Shown here piece by piece: positions 54,756 through 64,000 of a DNA stretch of 64,000 nt. Location of the stretch: IMG/VR virus record IMGVR_UViG_3300023210_000012. One strand, 5' to 3'. The translations under genes were made by a program, and so were the position numbers. This DNA comes from an uncultured virus (IMG/VR IMGVR_UViG_3300023210_000012). Taxonomy: Duplodnaviria > Heunggongvirae > Uroviricota > Caudoviricetes. How positions within the stretch are numbered: position 1 is the stretch's first letter; the number at the start of each line of letters is the position of its first letter. The notes beneath the pieces were generated by a model, which searched no databases, was not told the DNA's origin, and saw only the letters and a list, made by a program, of their open reading frames with translations.

Positions 54756-55661
54756 GTGTCTAAAAACGCGTCATTCGCAACCTGGGAGGGTGCCGTTCTA
54801 ATTCCCGTTGATGCTCTAGTCTTGTGCGACTGGAACGTGAACGAGATGGACGAGCCTGAATTTGCGGCCCTACTTGAAGCAGTCAGGGACGGCGGGTTCG
54901 ATGAGCCTGGACAGGTTGTTCCTATCACTGAGGGGGAGGACAAAGGAAAGTTCCGTCTCCTCGGTGGTGAGCACCGTAAGAAGGTGTGCCTGGCGCTTGA
55001 GATGACGCACATGCCGTGCGTCGTCAAAGAGCACCTCTCTGATGCGGACGAAGAAGCGCTCATGGAGTGGAGCGTTAAGCGGAACAACATCCGGGGCAAG
55101 ATCAACCGGACGCGTTACGCAGAGCTTCAGAAGAAGATCACTGGCAAGTGGGGGATCTCATCTGAGGCTGCGCGTCGGCGCATGCTCGTTCGTGAAGAGC
55201 GAATGGAGGATCTCAAGAAGCGTTACAGCCAAGAAGTGATTGACACGATGGTCGAAGTGGAGAAGGCGAAGGTCGGCGGCGGATCCTCGAACTCCAAGAC
55301 ACCATCAGAGCAGGCCAACACTGGAGCCTCTCCAGATAAGCGCCGTCCCCCAAAGGATGACGAAGGTAACGAAGTCACGACCCAGCCGGGCAAGGGTAAG
55401 AAGAAGGCCTTCGCCGATCAAAGGGCCCTGCTGACATCACTGAAGGCGTTCCAGATGGACGTCCTGCAACAGAGCGCAGATACGTGCACCCAGGGATATC
55501 TCTACTTTGGCGTTGCCGGTCACACCCACTTGGTCGTCAACGAGACGGCGCATCTCAATAAACTAATTGGCGAGTTGGTCGAGACTTGCCAGGCAAATTC
55601 AGATCAGATCAATGAGTTCCTTATTTCTGCCATAAAGAAGGAGTTGCCTAACTGGCAATAG
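54756..55661 (+). CDS. ParB/Srx-like N-terminal domain protein
   Basis: WNVNEM...GFDEPGQVVP...FRLLGGEHRKKV...MPCVV. Confidence 0.75.
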   Translation: MSKNASFATWEGAVLIPVDALVLCDWNVNEMDEPEFAALLEAVRDGGFDEPGQVVPITEGEDKGKFRLLGGEHRKKVCLALEMTHMPCVVKEHLSDADEEALMEWSVKRNNIRGKINRTRYAELQKKITGKWGISSEAARRRMLVREERMEDLKKRYSQEVIDTMVEVEKAKVGGGSSNSKTPSEQANTGASPDKRRPPKDDEGNEVTTQPGKGKKKAFADQRALLTSLKAFQMDVLQQSADTCTQGYLYFGVAGHTHLVVNETAHLNKLIGELVETCQANSDQINEFLISAIKKELPNWQ

Positions 55662-55663
55662 CG

Positions 55664-56524
55664 ATGCCCGGTAAGCGTTGGACGTCAGACGATAATTCTC
55701 TGGGCCGTCTCCTCCTTGAGGAGAGCCGTGATCTTGGAGCTGTGGCCGACCAACTTGGTCGGTCTAGGACCTCCGTACGTCTCCGGAACAATCGTTATTG
55801 GAAGATCCGAGTCCCACATACCGGGGGCTCAAATCTCGTTCCTAACGAAGCATTCGTCGAGTCGTGGTCGGCGTCGTTGTCCTACGTTGTGGGGTTTTTG
55901 ACCGCTGATGGGAACGTGAGGAAAAACGGCACCGGATTCTCCGTTAGTCAGAGCCATGAGAGCGGGCGTGACCACTTGCGATCCGTTCTTCCCCTGGTCG
56001 GGGGTAGTGTCCGTGGTCCCTACAAAGACGACGTTTACACGTTAAATGTGTGCAGCCCACGAATGGCCACCTGGCTCACCCAGGTAGGAGTCGTTCCGGC
56101 TAAGTCCCTAAAGATGGTTGACCTTCCTCTAGTTCCTGAAAGTCTGATGCAGCACTTCATGCTCGGACTATTCGACGGTGATGGATCTGTTTACCACAGC
56201 AACGGATCACGACCTGGGCGTAAGCCGATGGTCGGTCTATCTATCGCAGGAGCTAGTCCTAAGTTTCTGGAATCAGTAAAGTCTCGCCTCAGCGCTGAAC
56301 TCAACACCAGGGGATCAGTAGTAACCAATCAGGTGATCTGGCCGCATCACGATTCGGTTACCATCCTAGAATGGATGTTTGAGATTCGCGATCAGGTCCC
56401 CCACCTGCCGCGAAAATATGAGACCTACAGACGGCTGATCGACGCACGCCAAGCGTGGGGGGATCGTAGTCACAGAACGGGCTTGATCTCAGCGATCAAG
56501 AAGGAGCTACCCGCATGGCAGTAG
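55664..56524 (+). CDS. LAGLIDADG homing endonuclease
   Basis: Two motifs, YVVGFLTADG and FMLGLFDGDGS; N-terminal HTH-like segment. Confidence 0.85.
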   Translation: MPGKRWTSDDNSLGRLLLEESRDLGAVADQLGRSRTSVRLRNNRYWKIRVPHTGGSNLVPNEAFVESWSASLSYVVGFLTADGNVRKNGTGFSVSQSHESGRDHLRSVLPLVGGSVRGPYKDDVYTLNVCSPRMATWLTQVGVVPAKSLKMVDLPLVPESLMQHFMLGLFDGDGSVYHSNGSRPGRKPMVGLSIAGASPKFLESVKSRLSAELNTRGSVVTNQVIWPHHDSVTILEWMFEIRDQVPHLPRKYETYRRLIDARQAWGDRSHRTGLISAIKKELPAWQ

Positions 56525-59103
56525 ATGTAGGCAAATTGATTGCCGAGAGCATTGACGGGTTCTACTCTTGCAACGCCGTTCTTGAGCGAATGTATCAGAA
56601 GACCCTTGATGTTCTGGAGAGCCTATCCCCAGGTATCAAGGCGAAGCTCCTTAGTGAGGGCCCCGACTGGGATAACTACGACGACGATGACTTTGATGAT
56701 GGGAGTGACGGCGCAGAAGAGCGCGACAGAGCTGCTGGAGATGAAGATGAAGACGACGATGCTATCCACGATTGGAGAATGAAAAACGATCCAGGTTATC
56801 GCAAAATTCACAAAGATTCTGAGGAGCCAGAGCCAAAGTCAGAGCCAAAGTCAGAACCAGAACCAGAGCCATTGTTCATCGATGATGGTAGCGATGATAA
56901 TCCAGACGATGCTGGCTCCCTTCCTGATGATGACGCTGCTGCCAGGTTCATGCGGGGATCTGGAGGTCAGGCGCCGCAATCAAAGCCGGAGCCGGAGCCT
57001 AAGCCCGCTTCATCAAAATCTGGAGCAAGTGGAACCCCTGAGCACCGTAAGGGCTATCAGGCCGGTTGGGTGGCATCCAAGCGTGGAAAGGCTTACGAGG
57101 ACCCGGCCGAGGGTGGAGAATACGCTGCGGGCTACAAAGAGGGCTATGACGCCCGCCAAAGCGGACATGCCATCAATAAAGGGCTTGCTGGGGCTAAGGA
57201 GGTACACGCTAAAGGTCATGGAGCAGGCATGACCCGCGCCCAGCGTACGGAGGCTAAACGCGCTGCGGCGAAGTACGTCGAGGACAATGTAAGGCCTCAT
57301 ATAAATGACATGGTGACCCGTCTTCACCCACACATCTCTGCTGCACTAAATGATGGGCAGAGTAATCCTCAGAGTGATGCTAGGGCTTCAGAGATTCTTG
57401 CCACATGGGCGACTCCGTCCGCCGGTAAGGGTAATGCGATTGGCGGTCGATCCGCTATGGCGAATGCCATCGCCACGAAGTTCAGGCACCACGATGACGC
57501 TATCCTCGGGCTAGGGCGAGAGCCCGTTAAAAAGGATTTTAGAGGTGATCCGGCAGGTTTTTCTGATGCAATGGATGCACACCGTGCAAAGAGGGCGGAA
57601 GCGCAGGCGGCGTGGGAGGCAGGGTCAATAAACCCCGAAGTTGACCACGACTCGCACCAAGACCACGCTTCAACCTTTGTTAAGCAATTGACGAACATGG
57701 GAAGATATATAGAAGGTCAAGCGGGGGTCGAAGGCTTAGGGGCACGAGGAAGACAGCAGGGCGAAGCGGGTCTGCGGTCCGCAATTAACGATAGGCGGCA
57801 GGGGACTGGCGCAGCCCGTCCTAGTTACACTCCTGAAGAACTTAAAGCTATGACGCCCAAGGAGCGGGCACAGGTTGCCCGCGACCAGACGATTGATAAA
57901 CATGCAGAAGGTGCCCTGGAAAGAGCACGCGATGTGCAGGCCGCACCTCTCGACCCTGTGAAACAGCGAGCTGCTGGCGATGCACTCGGTAGACTCGCAA
58001 TGGGTTCGGAGTTCGATGCGGCCCAACACGGAGATATGTCGCCGAGAGATGCTATCAAGGCCTACCAGGGGAGGGCTCTAGCGAGAGCGGAGAGACTGCT
58101 TACTGATCCACGACTAGGTGGAAACAAAGGGCGGCTTGGGGTTTTTGAACGATCCTACAAAGATCCAAATACCGGGGCGGTTGTGCCCTACACCGTCAAC
58201 ATGGGGGACTGGTTGCGCAGCACCCTCGGAGCTCCGGCGGTAGAGAACCCAAAGACTGGTCAGTTAGAGGCGGGGATGTTCAAGAGAGGTTCTGGAGCTG
58301 ATTATTTCAGGACTGTGATCCCTAACTACACCCACAGTGGGCCGTGGACAGGTATCCTCAATGGTCTTCGGGACCGGGCGACACAGGCGTGGCATACCCA
58401 CGCAGAAATTAAGCGACACATAGGTGAAGAGCCTCAGGCTCATGCCCAGCGTGTAGCCGCTAGGGGTGACATGCTTCGGACGCTTGGGCACCCGGCGCTC
58501 CAACCAATTTCAGTTGATAAGTTGGAGGTTCAACCACCACCCGGAATTGCGATCAACAACAATCAGCTCGATCCGGTCAAGCTAATGGCTGATTGGCAGG
58601 CCGGTTCTAAAAAGCCTGGTAGGAGTAAAATAGAGAGGGGGGCGGTTAAGACTTCAAAGAGTATGGCGGACGCTGTTAGAAAGCAGATTCCTCAGTGGGA
58701 TCGCATCACCAGTTCCCTTAAGGGTTTGAAAGGTGAAGAGCTCACGTCCCACGAATACTACCCATTTTGGCATTCCATTGTTGGGCGCGACCATAAGTTG
58801 GGGAAACAAACAGGCAGTGTCGCTAAGCGGGCAGAAAACGCGATAAATCATAATGAAGAATGGCACGTTTTGCACCCAGCCCTAAAAGGGTTTTCTAGAC
58901 AACAGGGTGCTCATACGCGCGAGCATGATCCTAATCAAGATCAGCGTCTCGTTGAAGACGACATGTTGGCCCTGTTCCGTGGGTGGCTCGGTGAGCACGT
59001 CAATCTCCACCCCGGTCGTCTCGACATCATCATCACTGAGCTGCGTGCTCTTCACGACGAGCAGGTGTTCTACGAGTCAGTTTCACTGAGGCTTTCCACC
59101 TAA
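56515..59103 (+). CDS. Large hypothetical protein with an acidic N-terminal region and an RMF-like module
   Basis: 862 aa; EPEPKS repeats; HRKGYQAGW...YAAGYKEGY; AAGGAG RBS lies inside the upstream gene. Confidence 0.7.
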   Translation: MAVDVGKLIAESIDGFYSCNAVLERMYQKTLDVLESLSPGIKAKLLSEGPDWDNYDDDDFDDGSDGAEERDRAAGDEDEDDDAIHDWRMKNDPGYRKIHKDSEEPEPKSEPKSEPEPEPLFIDDGSDDNPDDAGSLPDDDAAARFMRGSGGQAPQSKPEPEPKPASSKSGASGTPEHRKGYQAGWVASKRGKAYEDPAEGGEYAAGYKEGYDARQSGHAINKGLAGAKEVHAKGHGAGMTRAQRTEAKRAAAKYVEDNVRPHINDMVTRLHPHISAALNDGQSNPQSDARASEILATWATPSAGKGNAIGGRSAMANAIATKFRHHDDAILGLGREPVKKDFRGDPAGFSDAMDAHRAKRAEAQAAWEAGSINPEVDHDSHQDHASTFVKQLTNMGRYIEGQAGVEGLGARGRQQGEAGLRSAINDRRQGTGAARPSYTPEELKAMTPKERAQVARDQTIDKHAEGALERARDVQAAPLDPVKQRAAGDALGRLAMGSEFDAAQHGDMSPRDAIKAYQGRALARAERLLTDPRLGGNKGRLGVFERSYKDPNTGAVVPYTVNMGDWLRSTLGAPAVENPKTGQLEAGMFKRGSGADYFRTVIPNYTHSGPWTGILNGLRDRATQAWHTHAEIKRHIGEEPQAHAQRVAARGDMLRTLGHPALQPISVDKLEVQPPPGIAINNNQLDPVKLMADWQAGSKKPGRSKIERGAVKTSKSMADAVRKQIPQWDRITSSLKGLKGEELTSHEYYPFWHSIVGRDHKLGKQTGSVAKRAENAINHNEEWHVLHPALKGFSRQQGAHTREHDPNQDQRLVEDDMLALFRGWLGEHVNLHPGRLDIIITELRALHDEQVFYESVSLRLST

Positions 59104-59406
59104 ATGGGATACCTCTCCGACAACCTCCCTCAGCGGAAAGAGCAGATTGTAGAGTGCCCAAAGCTCTACACTCTCGTGCTCAGGGTTCGTCGTCGGAGTC
59201 CGTTCCACGCAATGATTGCCGGAGAGACCGAGGATAGCATCGGTAAGATCATCCGAGGGGTGGTTCCAGATCCCGAGGACTGGCAGTTTGGCGGTAGCTT
59301 CGGCACCGATTTCGCCGAATTCCGGTTCCACCTGACCAACCAGCGAGAGCGGGCGCGTCAGGAACTACTTTTCAAGGGCTATTACACCGAGCTGGTGAAC
59401 GAGTAG
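59104..59406 (+). CDS. Hypothetical protein
   Basis: 100-aa ORF starting immediately after the previous stop. Confidence 0.6.
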   Translation: MGYLSDNLPQRKEQIVECPKLYTLVLRVRRRSPFHAMIAGETEDSIGKIIRGVVPDPEDWQFGGSFGTDFAEFRFHLTNQRERARQELLFKGYYTELVNE

Positions 59407-59473
59407 TGACTTGCATCACTTACCGCGTTACCATGAAGCCTGGTATAGACTTTAGCGAGTTTGAGGCAAACGA

Positions 59474-60943
59474 ATGAGCAAGAACAAGTTCAACGCAGCG
59501 GCTGCGACTTTCCGCCGTCGTCTTTCTGAGAACTCGCCCCTTGAGGCGCCAGTTCGCGGCTTTAGCCGTTACGCCCGTGATATGAGCCCGGACACCAGAG
59601 AACTGGTTCTTCGAGCCCGTATGCCTGAGATTATGGCATTCGCTGAAGATCGCCGGATTGACCCGGCTGTAGTCGCCGGTGCTGTTGAGGCATCGATGCG
59701 CATGGGCCGCATTCCAGACCTTGGTCTTTATGGCCTGGCTGGTGATGAAGCGCTTGCTGTCAAGGACTTCGTCGCAACAGCGATGCTCGGCCTTGAGCAG
59801 GAGCTTCGCAAGGGACTCCCCGTTATCTCCGAGAACGAAGCGGCCAAGCATCTTGCATTCAAGAAGCACTACGCAACGCTGGCCGACCAGAGCGGCAGGG
59901 AAGAAGAAGAGCTAACCAGACTAGCGGGAGAAGCTAGCAAAGCTGGTCTGCCGTTCACTGCAGCGAAGCACCAGGCGAAGATGGGGATGCTCAAGCAGCT
60001 GCGCTCGTCGCATGCTGCGCTGGCGGACTATCACGGCTGTGAGTCAGAGCGCTGCGCCCAGGAAGCTGCTAAGAGATCAGCCGTCCCAGAGGGCGCTGGT
60101 CCCACCAATGTTGATCAACCCACCGGTCAGCCCCAGCGCACCGCACATCCGGCACAGGGCGCAACTGCGGCCCAACGACAAGAGGTGCCTACAAACCAGC
60201 GCCATGAGGCGACTAGTGCCCCATCTGTCGGCCCATTTCTGAAGCCTCTCGGCGACCTCAGCGACATCGGCAAAATGCGCCAAGGGGCCTTTCTTCAAAG
60301 GGAGCCACTCAACGCGCTAGGTGGCGGTAAGCGGAAGGATCCAAAAGATCAAGCCGCTGAGATCGAGATCCGCAGCGAGGCGATTCGGGACGAGAAGCGC
60401 CGCACGCGCACGCGCTCCAAGTCCTCAAACGGGTTCTTCCAGAAGACGACCATGATGGAGAGCATGATCGCGGAGGCCAAGAAGAGCAAGAGCAAGACCA
60501 AGAGCAAAAAGGGTGGTAAGAAGACCCCAGATAAGAAGGCTCTGGGCATCAAGGCCGACCCGGACAAGATGGACAAAACCATCGCCAACGTCAAAGTTGC
60601 GTCCCTGTTCCAGCAGCTCGGTCACAAAATGGACCATGCTTGCGCCGCCGTGAAGGACAAGAAGGTCACCGATACGTGGGCCAAGAAGCTCCACAAGAAG
60701 TGCCTCAGTAAGGGCGCACCGGACGCTTACCACGAGATTGTCAGCTCTTCTCTCGCAGAGCCTTGGATCAGAGATCAAGGCTTTGTCGCTGAGGGCGCCA
60801 ACCTGACCCAGCTCTGGCAGACGATGATGTCGGCCGAGACTGAGCAAAACGCGTCTAGAGCGTCGTCCACTACTCCTGAGCCATTGGTGTTTACCATCAA
60901 TCGCATGATCGATATGGCGCAGGGTCGCGGGTCGATCTACTAA
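59474..60943 (+). CDS. Hypothetical protein, possible head core protein
   Basis: 489 aa; several (L/I/M)xE sites. Confidence 0.65.
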   Translation: MSKNKFNAAAATFRRRLSENSPLEAPVRGFSRYARDMSPDTRELVLRARMPEIMAFAEDRRIDPAVVAGAVEASMRMGRIPDLGLYGLAGDEALAVKDFVATAMLGLEQELRKGLPVISENEAAKHLAFKKHYATLADQSGREEEELTRLAGEASKAGLPFTAAKHQAKMGMLKQLRSSHAALADYHGCESERCAQEAAKRSAVPEGAGPTNVDQPTGQPQRTAHPAQGATAAQRQEVPTNQRHEATSAPSVGPFLKPLGDLSDIGKMRQGAFLQREPLNALGGGKRKDPKDQAAEIEIRSEAIRDEKRRTRTRSKSSNGFFQKTTMMESMIAEAKKSKSKTKSKKGGKKTPDKKALGIKADPDKMDKTIANVKVASLFQQLGHKMDHACAAVKDKKVTDTWAKKLHKKCLSKGAPDAYHEIVSSSLAEPWIRDQGFVAEGANLTQLWQTMMSAETEQNASRASSTTPEPLVFTINRMIDMAQGRGSIY

Positions 60944-60949
60944 TCAAGT

Positions 60950-61846
60950 ATGAGCTTATTCCTCGCTCCAACTTCAGGTAACTCGGTCGGGCGTGGATAT
61001 TCCAGCGACCCGCCTCCTCCTGGAATTGACGTAGACAACATCAATAGGGTCCCATTGCGCCTTCTCAAGAAGACGATGGGTAAGCGACCGATCAAGCGAC
61101 TAAAGATCGTCCCACCAGGTCGTCAGAGGGGCGAGATGGCGCCGCCCTATGCGTGGGATGCGATAGAGCGAGAAGACTGGAAGTATGATCTTCCGAAGCC
61201 CAAGCATATGGCTGAAGGCGAATTCAAGAGTAGCCCTCCTACTCATCCATCGTTCACTTCATCGACCGCCCACCCCTCCCCTGGGGCCCGAGACCATCGA
61301 CACGATAGGGTTGATGCTATCCACAAAGAAATCGCCGAGCTTCGGAAAAAGGTCGCCGAGCTGAACCACCAGTCGCAACAATTAACACAGGCCGGGAAGG
61401 ACTCCTTGTCCCAAAGACCAGCCTATGATCCTCAATCTGCGGTCCGGATTGGAGAGGCGCTCGGGGACTACCCACATACTCCCGGACCCGCTGACAGTGC
61501 GGGCGGAATGACCTGGGTTAATAACCTGGAGAAACCCCGAGAACAGCCTCTGGGACTGCGCAAAAAGACATCTAGAGACTATCGTCAGATTAGAAAGTCC
61601 GATAGCGAGCGTCTGCAGGTACAGCGCCAGCACGATCAAGGGAGACGCCACCACGCCCAGCCGCCACCACAGTCGGCACAGCTTATCGGGGTTCATCAGC
61701 AAATTGATCAAAAGCAGAAGCAGATCGATAGCCTGAATGACGAGCTAGAAGGACTGCTGCGGCAGATCAAACAATCTCAACCTCACCATGAGTCGTATAG
61801 ACTCACTTCCAACAACTTGCCCCGTCTGAGCCTGTTGTTGAAGTAG
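60950..61846 (+). CDS. Hypothetical protein with two coiled-coil segments
   Basis: 298 aa; IHKEIAELRKKVAELN and VHQQIDQKQKQIDSLN. Confidence 0.6.
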   Translation: MSLFLAPTSGNSVGRGYSSDPPPPGIDVDNINRVPLRLLKKTMGKRPIKRLKIVPPGRQRGEMAPPYAWDAIEREDWKYDLPKPKHMAEGEFKSSPPTHPSFTSSTAHPSPGARDHRHDRVDAIHKEIAELRKKVAELNHQSQQLTQAGKDSLSQRPAYDPQSAVRIGEALGDYPHTPGPADSAGGMTWVNNLEKPREQPLGLRKKTSRDYRQIRKSDSERLQVQRQHDQGRRHHAQPPPQSAQLIGVHQQIDQKQKQIDSLNDELEGLLRQIKQSQPHHESYRLTSNNLPRLSLLLK

Positions 61847-61886
61847 ACTGTACATTGATGCAGAATACCGTCGAAGGAATCTGACC

Positions 61887-63530
61887 ATGAGCGCAGAACA
61901 AAACACTGTCAGCGATATCCTCTTCAAGGCTACCGGTAATCGGGCCAGTGGAAGGGAATACCTCGTTGCTGCAAAGCGGGCCATCCTATCCCCTGAGGCG
62001 AGCGTCACGCTCAAAGAACAGTGGAACAGTGCGGGCCGCGACAATGCAAGCATTGTGATGCGCCTCACTGAGGCTGATGGGTCAAATCCTCACTACGTTA
62101 CTGGTTGGGATGGCAGAGAAACATTCGTCTGCATGACCGAGTCCGGCCTGACCTACGCCAACTACCACAAGCTCACAAAGATGACCCAGGACGCTGACTG
62201 GGACACCACCACTCGCCTGATCGAGGTGCGCCAGCCTCTTCTCCGAGAGACGATGGAGCGCACCGACGTCGACATGCTGCTCGACCGTATCAAGAAGACT
62301 CTGACCAAGAGCTCAAAGGGCCGTCGCAAGAGCCGTCTCCGGAACATGGAGAAGTTCTTTACCGAGAACGAGTGCAAGAAGGGCCCAGGCCCTGAGAGCG
62401 AGACGGAGTTCGAAGAGGTCAAGGAAAAGGACGATCGCGTTCCTAAGGCCCCTGAAGGTGCGGGCTCCAAGAGTGAGTCTTGGGATATGGAAGACGAGAA
62501 CGGCTTTGTTCATCGTCGCCCTCTACGACACTCGATGATGCACGTCGAAGATGGAGATGCCCAGCTCGACAAGCGCGAACTGGTCGACGTCAACAGCGAG
62601 ACTGGCGGTGGCAGCGGTGGCGCTACTTCTGGTGGAAACAAGTGCGACCCGCAGATGAAGCTGCGCCAGCTGGTCCGCATGAACAAGGACACTGGCGCGT
62701 TCAGTGAATCAGTCCGCAGGGACACCGGCCCTGGAAAGCAGTCCGGACTTGGCGGCGCTCCTCACCAGAACAGCTACCCGATCAAATCACCAGCTTACAA
62801 TTTCGCCGACCACCTAAACCGCGCAACGACGAGTCACACGGGGCAGAAGACTGGACAGACTCCCTACTCCAAGCCTCAAGGGAAGGCCTACGACCGTACC
62901 GGTGATGGTCGTAGCGGAAACGCCGAGCGGAGGGGTATTACCAGGAGAGCGCGTCGTTCTGGTAATCAGGCAGCGCGTCAAGCGGGTGATGCCGAACACT
63001 TCCAGCGCAATCCAGACACTCAGTATTCGCTCGCAGCGTCAACTGACCCCCAGTTGACCTTGCGCCAGCAAGTCGCCATGAACAAAGAGGGCAAAGGCGG
63101 CGGCGGTTCAGCTACGCCTGGTGGCAACAAGACCGATCCTCAGCTCAGTGATCGTGAGCAGATCGATGTTCGCAACGAGGACAAATCCTGCGGCTGTAAG
63201 GGCTGCGGCGCGAGCGGTACGAGCTATACCGACTACGCCGGTCAACACGGCAAGTGCCCAGAATGTGGAGCACGTCCTGACATCGAAGTCCGCCACGAGG
63301 GTCTAGACCTTCCTGATGCGCTGAAGAAGAAGTTCGGCAAGAGCAAGTCGCCTAAAAAAGGTAACGAGGGGTTCATGTTCAGCCTCATCTTGGGCAAAAA
63401 GCCTGGCGCGTCCTCCATGTCCGAGAACACCACGAGCCGTAGCCGTCTAACTCTGGTCCGCGCCTCTGGTCGGACGCCTCGTTTGGGTAACCTTGCCGCC
63501 ATTCGCAGCAAGGCCCGGACGCGTAGCTAA
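61887..63530 (+). CDS. Hypothetical protein with internal DPQL repeats and a C-terminal zinc ribbon
   Basis: 547 aa; four D(P/A)Q(L/M)xxR(Q/E)xxxxNx(E/D)-type repeats; CKGC...CPEC. Confidence 0.65.
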   Translation: MSAEQNTVSDILFKATGNRASGREYLVAAKRAILSPEASVTLKEQWNSAGRDNASIVMRLTEADGSNPHYVTGWDGRETFVCMTESGLTYANYHKLTKMTQDADWDTTTRLIEVRQPLLRETMERTDVDMLLDRIKKTLTKSSKGRRKSRLRNMEKFFTENECKKGPGPESETEFEEVKEKDDRVPKAPEGAGSKSESWDMEDENGFVHRRPLRHSMMHVEDGDAQLDKRELVDVNSETGGGSGGATSGGNKCDPQMKLRQLVRMNKDTGAFSESVRRDTGPGKQSGLGGAPHQNSYPIKSPAYNFADHLNRATTSHTGQKTGQTPYSKPQGKAYDRTGDGRSGNAERRGITRRARRSGNQAARQAGDAEHFQRNPDTQYSLAASTDPQLTLRQQVAMNKEGKGGGGSATPGGNKTDPQLSDREQIDVRNEDKSCGCKGCGASGTSYTDYAGQHGKCPECGARPDIEVRHEGLDLPDALKKKFGKSKSPKKGNEGFMFSLILGKKPGASSMSENTTSRSRLTLVRASGRTPRLGNLAAIRSKARTRS

Positions 63531-63550
63531 TCACCAGAAGAGGAGACGAC

Positions 63551-63922
63551 GTGGGCAATCACGACCTAAAGTTGATGGCTGAGGATCTTGCTAAGCTCCT
63601 GACAGCGGCTCCGCGTACCCACGACGCCCCTCAGATCGATGAGTCATTCTTCCTCGCAGCCGAGCCAACTACGAGCCCAGAGCAAAAGGCTATCGATGAG
63701 CGGGAGGAGCTGCTCCCAGAGCTGGTTCGCTCGATCGTTGAATACGCCATCACAAGGGCGCCGGGCGCGGCGACCCCTCGCAGTATCGGCGAGGCTATCG
63801 GCGTCGGCGTCGAAGCAGCCGTCGATCAGCTCAAACTTAACGATGAGTCCGTTTCCAAAGCGGTCAACTCATTTCTAACCGAACTCTGCGCAACAGTACG
63901 CGCCACGTTGACGACGGGATAG
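63551..63922 (+). CDS. Hypothetical protein
   Basis: 123 aa; GAGGAG RBS before the GTG. Confidence 0.6.
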   Translation: MGNHDLKLMAEDLAKLLTAAPRTHDAPQIDESFFLAAEPTTSPEQKAIDEREELLPELVRSIVEYAITRAPGAATPRSIGEAIGVGVEAAVDQLKLNDESVSKAVNSFLTELCATVRATLTTG

Positions 63923-64000
63923 CTCGTGCGCCGCTCAAGGCTAATGTGCCTAGAGAAGATCGGACTGGTCCATGAAATGGACTTCGGCTACGGGGCTGCC

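Noticed and set aside
1..64000. tRNA genes, alternative genetic code, and portal/sheath/tube genes
   Set aside because: No cloverleaf recognised by eye (no tRNA scan was run); long genes are intact under code 11; portal, sheath and tube motifs were not seen and presumably lie outside the window.

Overview
A 64-kb segment of a large, moderately GC-rich T4-like (contractile-tail) bacteriophage genome using the standard genetic code. Head and packaging genes: gp13-like neck, gp23-like major capsid, gp21-like prohead protease with a scaffold-like tail, and an intein-containing large terminase. Tail genes: a chaperone pair joined by a predicted -1 frameshift, tape measure, hub, spike, gp25-like and gp6/J-like wedge proteins, and putative fibre proteins. 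Three free-standing homing endonuclease genes sit next to duplicated 3' ends of neighbouring genes. The most unusual feature is a set of at least eight otherwise dissimilar proteins (6.7-17.3 kb, plus one at 45-47 kb) sharing a short N-terminal tag, consensus roughly LIEGSLYRSPL(R/I)LxE. Each is preceded by a TANNNT element 5-7 nt before the start codon, and an identical 86-bp promoter+tag cassette is duplicated. The tagged cargoes include a CCA-adding enzyme, a 2H phosphoesterase, two kinases, an ADP-ribosyltransferase/ParB fusion and a small toxin-RNase-like protein; four also carry a ~35-aa module resembling ribosome modulation factor. I infer a modular set of capsid-packaged, protease-matured, injected effectors acting on host translation. 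All family calls come from motif recognition by eye; no database search was run.
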